From Bacteroidales bacterium (GTDB taxonomy: Bacteria > Bacteroidota > Bacteroidia > Bacteroidales > UBA3663), in assembly GCA_017519885.1 (NCBI GenBank), contig JAFWRO010000058.1, forward strand, positions 5,127-69,126: DNA of 64,000 nucleotides, in the 5' to 3' direction. Numbering within the stretch: position 1 is the first letter of the stretch; every line of letters begins with the position of its first letter. The position numbers and the translations under genes are program-made. Below are positions 61,995 to 64,000 of the stretch, piece after piece. The notes under the pieces were generated by a model. It was not told where the DNA came from. It did no database searches and saw only the letters and a program-made list of their open reading frames with translations.

Positions 61995-62116
61995 GGAGGG
62001 GGGTGAGGGGGTTAAGAGGGGGTTAAGAGGGGTTAAGAAACGGTTGTAAATAATTAAAAGTTCGTACGGGTCAGGTAGCAACCATTTCTTAACAATCCTC
62101 TTAACCCTTCTTAACC
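61995..62116. repeat. family B spacer element, instance B3 (inverted arms around a core)
   Basis: Left arm ggaggggggtgagggggttaagagggggttaagaggggttaagaaa. Right arm atttcttaacaatcctcttaacccttcttaacc. Confidence 0.9.
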
Positions 62117-63421
62117 TTACTTATTCCTTCCTCTGAGGATGGTTTGTTCACGATCGGGACCAACCGAGAGGATAGTGATGGGAGTCTCGAGTTCCTTCTC
62201 GAGGAAAGCGATATAATCCTTGAACTCCTGTGGGAACTCTTCTTCAGAAGTGCATTTCGAAAGGTCGGTGTTCCAGCCCTTCATCTCGACGTACTGGGGC
62301 TCTACGCCTTCTTCAATCGAGAATGGGAATTCTGTGGTCAGCTCTCCATTCACCTTATAGGCAGTGCAGGCCTTTACGGTCTCAAAGCCATCGAGCACAT
62401 CGCTCTTCATCATGATGAGCTGGGTCACACCATTGATCATGATGGTATATTTGAGCGCAACAAGGTCAATCCATCCACAACGACGCTCACGGCCGGTGAC
62501 GGCTCCATACTCATGGCCAATGGCACGAATCTTGGCACCTGTCTCGTCGAAAAGCTCAGTTGGGAATGGACCTGAGCCTACACGGGTGCAATAAGCCTTG
62601 AAGATGCCGAACACCTCCCCTATCTTATTCGGAGCCACACCAAGACCGGTGCAAGCACCTGCACAAACGGTGTTGGAAGAAGTGACGAAAGGATAGGAAC
62701 CGAAATCGACGTCAAGCAATGAGCCCTGAGCGCCTTCGCAAAGCACGCTCTTGCCTGCTTTGAGATACGAATTGATGACATGCTCAGAATCAATGAACTT
62801 GAACTGTTTCAGATATTCAACACCTTCCATCCAGTTGGCTTCGAGATCCTCCAGTCCGTCGGTGCTGACAGGTTCGCCTCCCTTGGCAATAGCCAATAGG
62901 TTCAAGCTGGCAATAGTTTCAAGATGACGCTTCTTGGCAGCATTGTATTTTGCCTGGAAATTATCAAGGATATCACCAACACGCAGTCCGTTACGACTAA
63001 CCTTATCGGTATATGTTGGACCAATGCCCTTGCCGGTAGTACCAATCTTGGCCTTGCCCTTGGCAGCTTCGTTGGCCTTATCGAGCAGACGATGGGTAGG
63101 CAGAATGAGATGTGCTTTCTTCGAAATATAAAGACGTTGTGTCAAGTCATGACCACTCTGAGCCAATTCCTTTGCCTCAGTCATGAACAAAAGCGGATCG
63201 AGCACCACGCCATTGCCGATGATATTGATTTTGCCACCCTGGAAGATACCAGATGGAATGGAACGAAGCACATACTTCTCTCCGTTAAACTCAAGGGTAT
63301 GACCTGCATTAGGACCGCCCTGGAAACGGGTAACAACATCGTAGTTGGGGGTCAGTACATCCACCACCTTGCCTTTTCCCTCGTCGCCCCATTGGAGCCC
63401 GAGCAAAACATCTACTTTCAT
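62117..63421 (-). CDS. purA: adenylosuccinate synthase
   Basis: Start moved to MKVDVLLGLQWGDEGKGKVVD (P-loop). GTTGKGIGP and GAVTGRERRCGW. Confidence 0.95.
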   Translation of the reverse strand: MKVDVLLGLQWGDEGKGKVVDVLTPNYDVVTRFQGGPNAGHTLEFNGEKYVLRSIPSGIFQGGKINIIGNGVVLDPLLFMTEAKELAQSGHDLTQRLYISKKAHLILPTHRLLDKANEAAKGKAKIGTTGKGIGPTYTDKVSRNGLRVGDILDNFQAKYNAAKKRHLETIASLNLLAIAKGGEPVSTDGLEDLEANWMEGVEYLKQFKFIDSEHVINSYLKAGKSVLCEGAQGSLLDVDFGSYPFVTSSNTVCAGACTGLGVAPNKIGEVFGIFKAYCTRVGSGPFPTELFDETGAKIRAIGHEYGAVTGRERRCGWIDLVALKYTIMINGVTQLIMMKSDVLDGFETVKACTAYKVNGELTTEFPFSIEEGVEPQYVEMKGWNTDLSKCTSEEEFPQEFKDYIAFLEKELETPITILSVGPDREQTILRGRNK

Positions 63422-63495
63422 TAATTGCAAATATTAATTGTGAAATAAAAAATGTTATATGTTAATCGTTAACCATCATTTGTTAACTGTTTTTT
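63422..63495. repeat. family A spacer repeat, instance A9 (degenerate)
   Basis: taattgcaaatattaattgtgaaataaaaaatgttatatgttaatcgttaaccatcatttgttaactg. Confidence 0.6.
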
Positions 63496-63923
63496 GTTGA
63501 TCGGTTTTTGGAAGCCGCACGTTGGCATTTGGCACAAAGTCCATGAATCTGGAGCGTATAAGATTCCGGATGGAATCCTTTAGGCAACTGCGACTCAAAA
63601 ATCTTAAGTACCTCAAGCTTGCGCAGTACCTTGATGCTGCCGCAATTTTCACAGATTACGAATCCATGGGGATCCTGGCCTAGCGTACGCTCGAAAAATG
63701 TCATGCCTCGGCTCACCAGCTCAAGCCTGTTTGCCAATTTCAACTCCACAAGCAGGTCGAGCGTGTTATAGACCGTAGTCAATGCTACACTGCCCTCATG
63801 GTCACAAATAATCTTGTGAAGCGTATAGATATCGACAGGCGAATTAAGTTGATAGAGTGCCTTAAGGACGAATCTGCGTTCGATGGTACATCGCTTCTTA
63901 CGGCTACGCAGATGATCCTCCAT
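63483..63923 (-). CDS. Fur family transcriptional regulator
   Basis: wHTH (RCTIERRFVLKAL...TVYNTLDLL) and CxxC...CxxC (CENCG, CAKC). Start set at MEDHL. The frame stays open upstream to the window end, so the 5' end is uncertain. Confidence 0.75.
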   Translation of the reverse strand: MEDHLRSRKKRCTIERRFVLKALYQLNSPVDIYTLHKIICDHEGSVALTTVYNTLDLLVELKLANRLELVSRGMTFFERTLGQDPHGFVICENCGSIKVLRKLEVLKIFESQLPKGFHPESYTLQIHGLCAKCQRAASKNRSTKNS

Positions 63924-64000
63924 GGCCCGCAATGCCTCGTCGTATTCGGGAGCCACCGTGTCGGTGCGAAGGTTCTTGGTGATCTGGTCGCGCTTGCGAT

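Noticed and set aside
63924-64000. A longer Fur ORF, or a separate upstream gene, continuing to the window edge.
   Set aside because: The frame is open to position 64000, but only 25 codons are visible. The sequence ...RKRDQITKNLRTDTVAPEYDEALRA carries no recognisable motif, so it cannot be resolved within this window.
1-64000. tRNA, rRNA, tmRNA and riboswitch scan of all spacers longer than 100 bp.
   Set aside because: By eye I found no cloverleaf-compatible segments, no rRNA-like conserved blocks, and no FMN, TPP, cobalamin, SAM or glycine riboswitch core motifs. A covariance-model scan (Infernal/Rfam, tRNAscan-SE) would be the decisive check.

Overview
This 64-kb chromosomal window looks like a Bacteroidales genome, probably Prevotellaceae. 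Many first genes have a TAnnTTTG -7 promoter box upstream, Shine-Dalgarno sequences are almost absent, and lipoprotein and T9SS-type signals are common. BspA-type LRR proteins and GH109, PL10 and CE8 CAZymes fit the same picture. I call 62 CDS. Many long ORFs in the track are antisense shadows of GC3-rich genes. I saw no rRNA, tRNA or CRISPR array.

Gene content, left to right:
- Two BspA-like LRR genes around a sugar:H+ symporter.
- A minus-strand run of GNAT, an AlbA_2-wHTH-riboflavin kinase fusion, a 520-aa orphan, and a RayT/IS200-like Y1 gene bracketed by C5/G5 hairpins.
- A VTC / DUF4956 / beta-barrel / Cthe_2159-like cluster.
- Tandem CarboxypepD_reg paralogs, then xth.
- NahK-like kinase plus GH109.
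- A PL10-CE8 fusion.
- NUDIX-HAD-carboxylesterase, glnA, an SDR, a type II PanK-like kinase, and a ZIP transporter.
- Esterase, Y-family polymerase, truncated YolD-like ORF and MATE transporter.
- An ECF sigma / anti-sigma pair.
- A 2.2-kb low-GC islet with 465-bp direct repeats.
- BASS-CPBP-Gpx.
- hsp20 behind a textbook sigma-54 promoter.
- A redox and NAD-salvage stretch (bcp, HD, pncB, pncA, rbr, CMD-cupin).
- An iorAB-paaK-ACT-paaK-aminotransferase arylacetate/arylpyruvate operon with a divergent PaaI thioesterase.
- Porin plus Na+:solute symporter, then purA and fur.

The most pervasive unexplained signal is in the intergenic spacers. Four families of short-word tandem repeats fill them: AATTGTTAATTGTTA, GGTTAAGAGG/CCTCTTAACC, TAAGGGAT/ATCCCTTA and ACTATAG. 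All are built on palindromic, stop-codon-bearing cores. All function calls rest on motifs read by eye; no database search was run.
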